This document shows, piece after piece, positions 40,201 to 54,500 of a stretch of DNA of 64,000 nt; within the stretch, counting starts at the first letter, position 1; every line of letters starts with the position of its first letter. Below the pieces are notes generated by a model. The model made no database searches, was not told the origin of the DNA, and worked only from the letters and a program-made list of their open reading frames with translations. The stretch spans positions 62,001 to 126,000 of the forward strand of contig NC_134033.1 in assembly GCF_964204645.1 (NCBI RefSeq). The letters are read 5' to 3'. Made by a program: the position numbers and the translations under genes. Source of the stretch: Tubulanus polymorphus. Its lineage: Eukaryota > Animalia > Nemertea.

Positions 40201-43200
40201 AATTCTGTTTCTTTCCACCTATCTATTTGAAATCAGTTCAATACGCCTTTACTCATCTTTTCAGATTGAATCCATCATCTTTAGAACCAAGAGCAGCCAG
40301 AAAATTCTGTTTCTTTCCACCTATCTATTTGAAATCAGTTCAATGCGCCTTAACCCATCTTTTCAGATTGATTCCATCATCTTCAGAACACAAAGCAGCC
40401 AGAAAATTCTTATTCTTTCCACCTATTTATTTTAAATCAGTTCAATAAGCCTTAACCCATCTTTTCAGATTGAATCCATCATCATCTTTAGAACCAAAAG
40501 CAGCCAGAAAATTCTGTTTCTTTCCACCTATCTATTTGAAATCAGTTCAATACGCCTTTACTCATCTTTTCAGATTGAATCCATCATCTTCAGAACCAAA
40601 AGCAGCCAGAAAATTCTTATTCTTTCCACCTATCTATTTGATATCAGTTCAATACACCCAAACCCATCAATTAAGATAGAATTCATCATCTTTAGAACCA
40701 TATTTAGCTAGAAAAATCTGTATCTTTCAACCCATCAACTCGAAATAAGTTCAGTTTACCTTAACCTATCATTTCGGATCGAGTCTATCATCTTCAGAAC
40801 CAAATGCAGCCAGAAAATTCTGATTCTTTCCACCTATCTATTTTAAATCAGTTCAATACGCCTTTACTCATCTTTTCAGATTGAATCCATCATCTTTAGA
40901 ACCAAAAGCAGCCAGAAAATTCTGTTTCTTTCCACCTATCTATTTGAAATCAGTTCAATACGCCTTTACTCATCTTTTCAGATTGAATCCATCATCTTTA
41001 GAACCAAAAGCAGCCAGAAAATTCTGTTTCTTTCCACCTATCTATTTGAAATCAGTTCAATACGCCTTTACTCATCTTTTCAGATTGAATCCATCATCTT
41101 CAGAACCAAAAGCAGCCAGAAAATTCTTATTCTTTCCACCTATCTATTTGATATCAGTTCAATACACCCAAACCCATCAATTAAGTTATAATTCATCATC
41201 TTTAGAACCATATTTAGCTAGAAAAGTCTGTATCTTTCAACCCATCTACTCGAAATAAGTTCAGTTTACCTTAACCTATCATTTCGGATCGAGTCTATCA
41301 TCTTCAGAACCAAATGCAGCCAGAAAATTCTGATTCTTTCCACCTATCTATTTGAAATCAGTTCAATACGCCTTAACCCATCTTTTCAGATTGAATCCAT
41401 CAACTTCAGAAGCATAAGTAGTCAGAAAATTCTTAATCTTTCAACCAATCTATTAAAAATCAGTTCTGTACATCCTAACCCATCAATTAAGATAGAATTC
41501 ATCATCTTTAGAACCATATTTAGCTAGAAAAATCTGTATCTTTCAACCCATCTACTCGAAATAAGTTCAGTTTACCTTAACCTATCATTTCGGATCGAGT
41601 CTATCATCTTCAGAACCAAATGCAGCCAGAAAATTCTGATTCTTTCCACCTATCTATTTTAAATCAGTTCAATACGCCTTTACTCATCTTTTCAGATTAA
41701 ATCCATCATCTTTAGAACCAAAAGCAGCCAGAAAATTCTGTTTCTTTCCACCTATCTATTTGAAATCAGTTCAATACGCCTTTACTCATCTTTTCAGATT
41801 GAATCCATCATCTTCAGAACCAAAAGCAGCCAGAAAATTCTTATTCTTTCCACCTATCTATTTGATATCAGTTCAATACACCCAAACCCATCAATTAAGA
41901 TAGAATTCATCATCTTTAGAACCATATTTAGCTAGAAAAATCTGTATCTTTCAACCCATCTACTCGAAATAAGTTCAGTTTACCTTAACCTATCATTTCG
42001 GATCGAGTCTATCATCTTCAGAACCAAATGCAGCCAGAAAATTCTGATTCTTTCCACCTATCTATTTGAAATCAGTTCAATACGCCTTTACTCATCTTTT
42101 CAGATTGAATCCATCATCTTTAGAACCAAAAGCAGCCAGAAAATTCTGTTTCTTTCCACCTATCTATTTGAAATCAGTTCAATAAGCCTTAACCCATCTT
42201 TTCACATTGATCCATCATCTTTAGAAACAAAAGCAGCCAGAAAATTCGGTTTCTTTCCACCTATCTATTTGAAATCAGTTCAATACGCCCTAACCCATCT
42301 TTTCAGATTGAATCCATCATCTTTAGAACCAAAAGAAGCCAGAAAAGTCTGTTTCTTTCCACCTATCTATTTGAAATCAGTTCAATACGCCTTTACTCAT
42401 CTTTTCAGATTGAATCCATCATCTTTAGAACCAAGAGCAGCCAGAAAATTCTGTTTCTTTCCACCTATCTATTTGAAATCAGTTCAATGCGCCTTAACCC
42501 ATCTTTTCAGATTGATTCCATCATCTTCAGAACCAAAAGCAGCCAGAAAATTCTTATTCTTTCCACCTATTTATTTGAAATCAGTTCAATAAGCCTTAAC
42601 CCATCTTTTCAGATTGAATCCATCATCATCTTTAGAACCAAAAGCAGCCAGAAAATTCTGTTTCTTTCCACCTATCTATTTGAAATCAGTTCAATACGCC
42701 TTTACTCATCTTTTCAGATTGAATCCATCATCTTCAGAACCAAAAGCAGCCAGAAAATTCTTATTCTTTCTTCCTATCTATTTGATATCAGTTCAATACA
42801 CCCAAACCCATCAATTAAGATAGAATTCATCATCTTTAGAACCATATTTAGCTAGAAAAATCTGTATCTTTCAACCCATCAACTCGAAATAAGTTCAGTT
42901 TACCTTAACCTATCATTTCGGATCGAGTCTATCATCTTCAGAACCAAATGCAGCCAGAAAATTCTGATTCTTTCCACCTATCTATTTGAAATCAGTTCAA
43001 TACGCCTTTACTCATCTTTTCAGATTGAATCCATCATCTTTAGAACCAAAAGCAGCCAGAAAATTCTGTTTCTTTCCACCTATCTATTTGAAATCAGTTC
43101 AATACGCCTTTACTCATCTTTTCAGATTGAATCCATCATCTTTAGAACCAAAAGCAGCCAGAAAATTCTGTTTCTTTCCACCTATCTATTTGAAATCAGT

Positions 43201-44310
43201 TCAATACGCCTTTACTCATCTTTTCAGATTGAATCCATCATCTTCAGAACCAAAAGCAGCCAGAAAATTCTTATTCTTTCCACCTATCTATTTGATATCA
43301 GTTCAATACACCCAAACCCATCAATTAAGTTATAATTCATCGTCTTTAGAACCATATTTAGCTAGAAAAATCTGTATCTTTCAACCCATCAACTCGAAAT
43401 AAGTTCAGTTTACCTTAACCTATCATTTCGGATCGAGTCTATCATCTTCAGAACCAAATGCAGCCAGAAAATTCTGATTCTTTCCACCTATCTATTTTAA
43501 ATCAGTTCAATACGCCTTTACTCATCTTTTCAGATTGAATCCATCATCTTTAGAACCAAAAGCAGCCAGAAAATTCTGTTTCTTTCCACCTATCTATTTG
43601 AAATCAGTTCAATACGCCTTTACTCATCTTTTCAGATTGAATCCATCATCTTCAGAACCAAAAGCAGCCAGAAAATTCTTATTCTTTCCACCTATCTATT
43701 TGATATCAGTTCAATACACCCAAACCCATCAATTAAGTTATAATTCATCATCTTTAGAACCATATTTAGCTAGAAAAATCTGTATCTTTCAACCCATCTA
43801 CTCGAAATAAGTTCAGTTTACCTTAACCTATCATTTCGGATCGAGTCTATCATCTTCAGAACCAAATGCAGCCAGAAAATTCTGATTCTTTCCACCTATC
43901 TATTTGAAATCAGTTCAATACGCCTTAACCCATCTTTTCAGATTGAATCCATCAACTTCAGAAGCATAAGTAGTCAGAAAATTCTTAATCTTTCAACCAA
44001 TCTATTAAAAATCAGTTCTGTACATCCTAACCCATCAATTAAGATAGAACTCATCATCTTTAGAACCATATTTAGCTAGAAAAATCTGTATCTTTCAACC
44101 CATCTACTCGAAATAAGTTCAGTTTACCTTAACCTATCATTTCGGATCGAGTCTATCATCTTCAGAACCAAATGCAGCCAGAAAATTCTGATTCTTTCCA
44201 CCTATCTATTTTAAATCAGTTCAATACGCCTTTACTCATCTTTTCAGATTAAATCCATCATCTTTAGAACCAAATGCAGCCAGAAAATTCTGATTCTTTC
44301 CACCTATCTA
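26520..44310. repeat. Tandem duplication of an 86-monomer unit (8762-8771 bp), two copies with junction near 35281
   Basis: ORF pairs at +8762 (26818/35580, 28552/37314, 30547/39309, 32119/40881), then at +8771 (33498/42269, 34215/42986, 34764/43535). Shared rare variants 'aaaagaagcc' ~33564/42335 and 'gatagaactc' 35279/44050. Confidence 0.93.
27700..33400. repeat. 2850/2748-bp (28/27-mer) duplication nested in the 8.76-kb unit (repeated at ~36460-42170)
   Basis: ORF pairs 28552/31402, 29269/32119, 37314/40164. Markers 'aattcatattc' ~28288/31138 and 'agaacacaaag' ~28777/31627. 9-bp deletion at ~30442/33190. Confidence 0.9.
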
Positions 44311-45730
44311 TTTGAAATCAGTTCAATACGCCTTTACTCATCTTTTCAGATTGAATCCATCATCTTTAGAACCAAAAGCAGCCAGAAAATTCTGTTTCTT
44401 TCCACCTATCTATTTGAAATCAGTTCAATACGCCTTTACTCATCTTTTCAGATTGAATCCATCATCTTCAGAACCAAAAGCAGCCAGAAAATTCTTATTC
44501 TTTCCACCTATCTATTTGATATCAGTTCAATACACCCAAACCCATCAATTAAGTTATAATTCATCGTCTTTAGAACCATATTTAGCTAGAAAAATCTGTA
44601 TCTTTCAACCCATCAACTCGAAATAAGTTCAGTTTACCTTAACCTATCATTTCGGATCGAGTCTATCATCTTCAGAACCAAATGCAGCCAGAAAATTCTG
44701 ATTCTTTCCACCTATCTATTTTAAATCAGTTCAATACGCCTTTACTCATCTTTTCAGATTGAATCCATCATCTTTAGAACCAAAAGCAGCCAGAAAATTC
44801 TGTTTCTTTCCACCTATCTATTTGAAATCAGTTCAATACGCCTTTACTCATCTTTTCAGATTGAATCCATCATCTTCAGAACCAAAAGTAGCCAGAAAAT
44901 TCTTATTCTTTCCACCTATCTATTTGATATCAGTTCAATACACCCAAACCCATCAATTAAGTTATAATTCATCATCTTTAGAACCATATTTAGCTAGAAA
45001 AATCTGTATCTTTCAACCCATCTACTCGAAATAAGTTCAGTTTACCTTAACCTATCATTTCGGATCGAGTCTATCATCTTCAGAACCAAATGCAGCCAGA
45101 AAATTCTGATTCTTTCCACCTATCTATTTGAAATCAGTTCAATACGCCTTAACCCATCTTTTCAGATTGAATCCATCAACTTCAGAAGCATAAGTAGTCA
45201 GAAAATTCTTAATCTTTCAACCAATCTATTAAAAATCAGTTCTGTACATCCTAACCCATCAATTAAGATAGAATTCATCATCTTTAGAACCATATTTAGC
45301 TAGAAAAATCTGTATCTTTCAACCCATCTACTCGAAATAAGTTCAGTTTACCTTAACCTATCATTTCGGATCGAGTCTATCATCTTCAGAACCAAATGCA
45401 GCCAGAAAATTCTGATTCTTTCCACCTATCTATTTTAAATCAGTTCAATACGCCTTTACTCATCTTTTCAGATTAAATCCATCATCTTTAGAACCAAATG
45501 CAGCCAGAAAATTCTGATTCTTTCCACCTATCTATTTGAAATCAGTTCAATACGCCTTTACTCATCTTTTCAGATTGAATCCATCATCTTTAGAACCAAA
45601 AGCAGCCAGAAAATTCTGTTTCTTTCCACCTATCTATTTGAAATCAGTTCAATACGCCTTTACTCATCTTTTCAGATTGAATCCATCATCTTCAGAACCA
45701 AAAGCAGCCAGAAAATTCTTATTCTTTCCA
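43100..45730. repeat. 1224-bp (12-mer) HOR, ~2 copies
   Basis: ORF pairs 43535/44759 and 44312/45536. Marker 'aattcatcgtc' ~43342/44566. Confidence 0.85.
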
Positions 45731-48700
45731 CCTATTTATTTTAAATCAGTTCAATAAGCCTTAACCCATCTTTTCAGATTGAATCCATCATCTTTAGAAC
45801 CAAAAGCAGCCAGAAAATTCTGTTTCTTTCCACCTATCTATTTGAAATCAGTTCAATAGGCCTTAACCCATCTTTTCACATTGATCCATCATCTTTAGAA
45901 ACAAAAGCAGCCAGAAAATTCGGTTTCTTTCCACCTATCTATTTGAAATCAGTTCAATACGCCCTAACCCATCTTTTCAGATTGAATCCATCATCTTCAG
46001 AACCGAAAGCAGCCAGAAAATTCTGATTCTTTCCACCTATCTATTTGAAATCAGTTCAATACGCCTTAACCCATCTTTTCACATTGATCCATCATCTTTA
46101 GAAACAAAAGCAGCCAGAAAATTCGGTTTCTTTCCACCTATCTATTTGAAATCAGTTCAATACGCCCTAACCCATCTTTTCAGATTGAATCCATCATCTT
46201 CAGAACCAAAAGCAGCCAGAAAATTCTGATTCTTTCCACCTATCTATTTTAAATCAGTTCAATAAGCCTTAACCCATCTTTTCAGATTGAATCCATCATC
46301 TTTAGAACCAAAAGCAGCCAGAAAAGTCTGTTTCTTTCCACCTATCTATTTGAAATCAGTTCAATACGCCTTTACTCATCTTTTCAGATTGAATCCATCA
46401 TCTTTAGAACCAAGAGCAGCCAGAAAATTCTGTTTCTTTCCACCTATCTATTTGAAATCAGTTCAATAAGCCTTAACCCATCTTTTCAGATTGATTCCAT
46501 CATCTTCAGAACCAAAAGCAGCCAGAAAATTCTTATTCTTTCCACCTATTTATTTTAAATCAGTTCAATACGCCCTAACCCATCTTTTCAGATTGAATCC
46601 ATCATCTTCAGAACCAAAAGCAGCCAGAAAATTCTGATTCTTTCCACCTATCTATTTTAAATCAGTTCAATAAGCCTTAACCCATCTTTTCAGATTGAAT
46701 CCATCATCTTTAGAACCAAAAGCAGCCAGAAAAGTCTGTTTCTTTCCACCTATCTATTTGAAATCAGTTCAATACGCCTTTACTCATCTTTTCAGATTGA
46801 ATCCATCATCTTTAGAACCAAGAGCAGCCAGAAAATTCTGTTTCTTTCCACCTATCTATTTGAAATCAGTTCAATAAGCCTTAACCCATCTTTTCAGATT
46901 GATTCCATCATCTTCAGAACCAAAAGCAGCCAGAAAATTCTTATTCTTTCCACCTATTTATTTTAAATCAGTTCAATAAGCCTTAACCCATCTTTTCAGA
47001 TTGAATCCATCATCATCTTTAGAACCAAAAGCAGCCAGAAAATTCTGTTTCTTTCCACCTATCTATTTTAAATCAGTTCAATACGCCTTTACTCATCTTT
47101 TCAGATTGAATCCATCATCTTCAGAACCAAAAGCAGCCAGAAAATTCTTATTCTTTCCACCTATCTATTTGATATCAGTTCAATACACCCAAACCCATCA
47201 ATTAAGATAGAATTCATCATCTTTAGAACCATATTTAGCTAGAAAAATCTGTATCTTTCAACCCATCAACTCGAAATAAGTTCAGTTTACCTTAACCTAT
47301 CATTTCGGATCGAGTCTATCATCTTCAGAACCAAATGCAGCCAGAAAATTCTGTTTCTTTCCACCTATCTATTTGAAATCAGTTCAATACGCCTTTACTC
47401 ATCTTTTCAGATTGAATCCATCATCTTCAGAACCAAAAGCAGCCAGAAAATTCTTATTCTTTCCACCTATTTATTTTAAATCAGTTCAATACGCCCTAAC
47501 CCATCTTTTCAGATTGAATCCATCATCTTCAGAACCAAAAGCAGCCAGAAAATTCTGATTCTTTCCACCTATCTATTTTAAATCAGTTCAATAAGCCTTA
47601 ACCCATCTTTTCAGATTGAATCCATCATCTTTAGAACCAAAAGCAGCCAGAAAAGTCTGTTTCTTTCCACCTATCTATTTGAAATCAGTTCAATACGCCT
47701 TTACTCATCTTTTCAGATTGAATCCATCATCTTTAGAACCAAGAGCAGCCAGAAAATTCTGTTTCTTTCCACCTATCTATTTGAAATCAGTTCAATAAGC
47801 CTTAACCCATTTTTTTAGATTGATTCCATCATCTTCAGAACCAAAAGCAGCCAGAAAATTCTTATTCTTTCCACCTATTTATTTTAAATCAGTTCAATAA
47901 GCCTTAACCCATCTTTTCAGATTGAATCTATCATCATCTTTAGAACCAAAAGCAGCCAGAAAATTCTGATTCTTTCAACCTATCTATTTTAAATCAGTTC
48001 AATACGCCTTTACTCATCTTTTCAGATTGAATCCATCATCTTCAGAACCAAAAGCAGCCACAAAATTCTTATTCTTTCCACCTATCTATTTGAAATCAGT
48101 TCAATACGACTTAACCCATCTTTTTAGATTGAATCCATCATCTTCAGAACCAAAAGCAGCCAGAAAATTCTTATTCTTTCCACCTATCTATTTGATATCA
48201 GTTCAATACACCCAAACCCATCAATTAAGATAGAATTCATCATCTTTAGAACCATATTTAGCTAGAAAAATCTGTATCTTTCAACCCATCTACTCGAAAT
48301 AAGTTCAGTTTACCTTAACCTATCATTTCGGATCGAGTCTATCATCTTCAGAACCAAATGCAGCCAGAAAATTCTGTTTCTTTCCACCTATCTATTTGAA
48401 ATCAGTTCAATACGCCTTTACTCATCTTTTCAGATTGAATCCATCATCTTTAGAACCAAAAGCAGCCAGAAAATTCTGTTTCTTTCCACCTATCTATTTG
48501 AAATCAGTTCAATACGCCTTTACTCATCTTTTCAGATTGAATCCATCATCTTTAGAACCAAAAGCAGCCAGAAAATTCTGTTTCTTTCCACCTATCTATT
48601 TGAAATCAGTTCAATACGCCTTTACTCATCTTTTCAGATTGAATCCATCATCTTCAGAACCAAAAGCAGCCAGAAAATTCTTATTCTTTCCACCTATCTA

Positions 48701-51700
48701 TTTGATATCAGTTCAATACACCCAAACCCATCAATTAAGTTATAATTCATCGTCTTTAGAACCATATTTAGCTAGAAAAATCTGTATCTTTCAACCCATC
48801 AACTCGAAATAAGTTCAGTTTACCTTAACCTATCATTTCGGATCGAGTCTATCATCTTCAGAACCAAATGCAGCCAGAAAATTCTGATTCTTTCCACCTA
48901 TCTATTTTAAATCAGTTCAATACGCCTTTACTCATCTTTTCAGATTGAATCCATCATCTTTAGAACCAAAAGCAGCCAGAAAATTCTGTTTCTTTCCACC
49001 TATCTATTTGAAATCAGTTCAATACGCCTTAACCCATCTTTTCACATTGATCCATCATCTTTAGAAACAAAAGCAGCCAGAAAATTCTTATTCTTTCCAC
49101 CTATTTATTTTAAATCAGTTCAATACGCCCTAACCCATCTTTTCAGATTGAATCCATCATCTTCAGAACCAAAAGCAGCCAGAAAATTCTGATTCTTTCC
49201 ACCTATCTATTTTAAATCAGTTCAATAAGCCTTAACCCATCTTTTCAGATTGAATCCATCATCTTTAGAACCAAAAGCAGCCAGAAAAGTCTGTTTCTTT
49301 CCACCTATCTATTTGAAATCAGTTCAATACGCCCTAACCCATCTTTTCAGATTGAATCCATCATCTTTAGAACCAAAAGCAGCCAGAAAAGTCTGTTTCT
49401 TTCCACCTATCTATTTGAAATCAGTTCAATACGCCTTTACTCATCTTTTCAGATTGAATCCATCATCTTTAGAACCAAAAGCAGCCAGAAAATTCTGTTT
49501 CTTTCCACCTATTTATTTTAAATCAGTTCAATAAGCCTTAACCCATCTTTTCAGATTGAATCCATCATCTTTAGAACCAAAAGCAGCCAGAAAATTCTGT
49601 TTCTTTCCACCTATCTATTTGAAATCAGTTCAATACGCCTTAACCCATCTTTTCACATTGATCCATCATCTTTAGAAACAAAAGCAGCCAGAAAATTCGG
49701 TTTCTTTCCACCTATCTATTTGAAATCAGTTCAATACGCCCTAACCCATCTTTTCAGATTGATTCCATCATCTTCAGAACCAAAAGCAGCCAGAAAATTC
49801 TTATTCTTTCCACCTATTTATTTTAAATCAGTTCAATACGCCCTAACCCATCTTTTCAGATTGAATCCATCATCTTCAGAACCAAAAGCAGCCAGAAAAT
49901 TCTGATTCTTTCCACCTATCTATTTTAAATCAGTTCAATAAGCCTTAACCCATCTTTTCAGATTGAATCCATCATCTTTAGAACCAAAAGCAGCCAGAAA
50001 AGTCTGTTTCTTTCCACCTATCTATTTGAAATCAGTTCAATACGCCTTTACTCATCTTTTCAGATTGAATCCATCATCTTTAGAACCAAGAGCAGCCAGA
50101 AAATTCTGTTTCTTTCCACCTATCTATTTGAAATCAGTTCAATAAGCCTTAACCCATCTTTTCAGATTGATTCCATCATCTTCAGAACCAAAAGCAGCCA
50201 GAAAATTCTTATTCTTTCCACCTATTTATTTTAAATCAGTTCAATAAGCCTTAACCCATCTTTTCAGATTGAATCCATCATCATCTTTAGAACCAAAAGC
50301 AGCCAGAAAATTCTGTTTCTTTCCACCTATCTATTTGAAATCAGTTCAATACGCCTTTACTCATCTTTTCAGATTGAATCCATCATCTTCAGAACCAAAA
50401 GCAGCCAGAAAATTCTTATTCTTTCCACCTATCTATTTGATATCAGTTCAATACACCCAAACCCATCAATTAAGATAGAATTCATCATCTTTAGAACCAA
50501 ATTTAGCTAGAAAAATCTGTATCTTTCAACCCATCAACTCGAAATAAGTTCAGTTTACCTTAACCTATCATTTCGGATCGAGTCTATCATCTTCAGAACC
50601 AAATGCAGCCAGAAAATTCTGATTCTTTCCACCTATCTATTTGAAATCAGTTCAATACGCCTTTACTCATCTTTTCAGATTGATTCCATCATCTTCAGAA
50701 CCAAAAGCAGCCAGAAAATTCTTATTCTTTCCACCTATTTATTTTAAATCAGTTCAATACGCCCTAACCCATCTTTTCAGATTGAATCCATCATCTTCAG
50801 AACCAAAAGCAGCCAGAAAATTCTGATTCTTTCCACCTATCTATTTTAAATCAGTTCAATAAGCCTTAACCCATCTTTTCAGATTGAATCCATCATCTTT
50901 AGAACCAAAAGCAGCCAGAAAAGTCTGTTTCTTTCCACCTATCTATTTGAAATCAGTTCAATACGCCTTTACTCATCTTTTCAGATTGAATCCATCATCT
51001 TTAGAACCAAGAGCAGCCAGAAAATTCTGTTTCTTTCCACCTATCTATTTGAAATCAGTTCAATAAGCCTTAACCCATCTTTTCAGATTGATTCCATCAT
51101 CTTCAGAACCAAAAGCAGCCAGAAAATTCTTATTCTTTCCACCTATTTATTTTAAATCAGTTCAATAAGCCTTAACCCATCTTTTCAGATTGAATCCATC
51201 ATCATCTTTAGAACCAAAAGCAGCCAGAAAATTCTGTTTCTTTCCACCTATCTATTTGAAATCAGTTCAATACGCCTTTACTCATCTTTTCAGATTGAAT
51301 CCATCATCTTCAGAACCAAAAGCAGCCAGAAAATTCTTATTCTTTCCACCTATCTATTTGATATCAGTTCAATACACCCAAACCCATCAATTAAGATAGA
51401 ATTCATCATCTTTAGAACCAAATTTAGCTAGAAAAATCTGTATCTTTCAACCCATCAACTCGAAATAAGTTCAGTTTACCTTAACCTATCATTTCGGATC
51501 GAGTCTATCATCTTCAGAACCAAATGCAGCCAGAAAATTCTGATTCTTTCCACCTATCTATTTTAAATCAGTTCAATACGCCTTTACTCATCTTTTCAGA
51601 TTGAATCCATCATCTTTAGAACCAAAAGCAGCCAGAAAATTCTGTTTCTTTCCACCTATCTATTTGAAATCAGTTCAATACGCCTTTACTCATCTTTTCA

Positions 51701-54500
51701 GATTGAATCCATCATCTTTAGAACCAAAAGCAGCCAGAAAATTCTGTTTCTTTCCACCTATCTATTTGAAATCAGTTCAATACGCCTTTACTTATCTTTT
51801 CAGATTGAATCCATCATCTTCAGAACCAAAAGCAGCCAGAAAATTCTTATTCTTTCCACCTATCTATTTGATATCAGTTCAATACACCCAAACCCATCAA
51901 TTAAGTTATAATTCATCATCTTTAGAACCATATTTAGCTAGAAAAATCTGTATCTTTCAACCCATCTACTCGAAATAAGTTCAGTTTACCTTAACCTATC
52001 ATTTCGGATCGAGTCTATCATCTTCAGAACCAAATGCAGCCAGAAAATTCTGATTCTTTCCACCTATCTATTTGAAATCAGTTCAATACGCCTTAACCCA
52101 TCTTTTCAGATTGAATCCATCAACTTCAGAAGCATAAGTAGTCAGAAAATTCTTAATCTTTCAACCAATCTATTAAAAATCAGTTCTGTACATCCTAACC
52201 CATCAATTAAGATAGAATTCATCATCTTTAGAACCATATTTAGCTAGAAAAATCTGTATCTTTCAACCCATCTACTCGAAATAAGTTCAGTTTACCTTAA
52301 CCTATCATTTCGGATCGAGTCTATCATCTTCAGAACCAAATGCAGCCAGAAAATTCTGATTCTTTCCACCTATCTATTTTAAATCAGTTCAATACGCCTT
52401 TACTCATCTTTTCAGATTAAATCCATCATCTTTAGAACCAAATGCAGCCAGAAAATTCTGATTCTTTCCACCTATCTATTTCAAATCAGTTCAATACGCC
52501 TTTACTCATCTTTTCAGATTGAATCCATCATCTTTAGAACCAAAAGCAGCCAGAAAATTCTGTTTCTTTCCACCTATCTATTTGAAATCAGTTCAATACG
52601 CCTTTACTCATCTTTTCAGATTGAATCCATCATCTTCAGAACCAAAAGCAGCCAGAAAATTCTTATTCTTTCCACCTATCTATTTGATATCAGTTCAATA
52701 CACCCAAACCCATCAATTAAGATAGAATTCATCATCTTTAGAACCATATTTAGCTAGAAAAATCTGTATCATTCAACCCATCTACTCGAAATAAGTTCAG
52801 TTTACCTTAACCTATCATTTCGGATCGAGTCTATCATCTTCAGAACCAAATGCAGCCAGAAAATTCTGTTTCTTTCCACCTATCTATTTGAAATCAGTTC
52901 AATACGCCTTTACTCATCTTTTCAGATTGAATCCATCATCTTTAGAACCAAAAGCAGCCAGAAAATTCTGTTTCTTTCCACCTATTTATTTTAAATCAGT
53001 TCAATAAGCCTTAACCCATCTTTTCAGATTGAATCCATCATCTTTAGAACCAAAAGCAGCCAGAAAATTCTGTTTCTTTCCACCTATCTATTTGAAATCA
53101 GTTCAATACGCCTTAACCCATCTTTTCACATTGATCCATCATCTTTAGAAACAAAAGCAGCCAGAAAATTCGGTTTCTTTCCACCTATCTATTTGAAATC
53201 AGTTCAATACGCCCTAACCCATCTTTTCAGATTGAATCCATCATCTTCAGAACCAAAAGCAGCCAGAAAATTCTGATTCTTTCCACCTATCTATTTTAAA
53301 TCAGTTCAATAAGCCTTAACCCATCTTTTCAGATTGAATCCATCATCTTTAGAACCAAAAGCAGCCAGAAAATTCTGTTTCTTTCCACCTATCTATTTGA
53401 AATCAGTTCAATAAGCCTTAACCCATCTTTTCAGATTGATTCCATCATCTTCAGAACCAAAAGCAGCCAGAAAATTCTGATTCTTTCCACCTATCTATTT
53501 TAAATCAGTTCAATAAGCCTTAACCCATCTTTTCAGATTGAATCCATCATCTTTAGAACCAAAAGCAGCCAGAAAAGTCTGTTTTGTTTCCACCTATCTA
53601 TTTGAAATCAGTTCAATACGCCTTAACCCATCTTTTCAGATTGATTCCATCATCTTCAGAACCAAAAGCAGCCAGAAAATTCTTATTCTTTCCACCTATT
53701 TATTTTAAATCAGTTCAATGAGCCTTAACCCATCTTTTCAGATTGAATCTATCATCATCTTTAGAACCAAAAGCAGCCAGAAAATTCTGATTCTTTCAAC
53801 CTATCTATTTTAAATCAGTTCAATACGCCTTTACTCATCTTTTCAGATTGAATCCATCATCTTCAGAACCAAAAGCAGCCAGAAAATTCTTATTCTTTCC
53901 ACCTATCTATTTGAAATCAGTTCAATACGACTTAACCCATCTTTTTAGATTGAATCCATCATCTTCAGAACCAAAAGCAGCCAGAAATTTCTTATTCTTT
54001 CCACCTATCTATTTGATATCAGTTCAATACACCCAAACCCATCAATTAAGATAGAATTCATCATCTTTAGAACAATATTTAGCTAGAAAAATCTGTATCT
54101 TTCAACCCGTCTACTCGAAATAAGTTCAGTTTACCTTAACCTATCATTTCGGATCGAGTCTATCATCTTCAGAACCAAATGCAGCCAGAAAATTCTGATT
54201 CTTTCCGCCTATCTATTTGAAATCAGTTCAATACGCCTTTACTCATCTTTTCAGATTGAATCCATCATCTTTAGAACCAAAAGCAGCCAGAAAATTCTAT
54301 TTCTTTCCACCTATCTATTTGAAATCAGTTCAATACGCCTTTACTCATCTTTTCAGATTGAATCCATCATCTTTAGAACCAAAAGCAGCCAGAAAATTCT
54401 GTTTCTTTCCACCTATCTATTTGAAATCAGTTCAATACGCCTTTACTCATCTTTTCAGATTGAATCCATCATCTTCAGAACCAAAAGCAGCCAGAAAATT
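45730..54500. repeat. B-poorer mosaic domain with 408-bp, 921-bp, 3268-bp and 5821-bp periodicities
   Basis: ORF pairs 46287/46695 (408); 46695/47616 and 49963/50884 (921); 47001/50269 and 47616/50884 (3268); 48027/53848 (5821, marker 'gaatctatcatcatc'). Rich in 'taagcc', 'aaagtctg' and 'gccctaa' variants. Confidence 0.85.
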
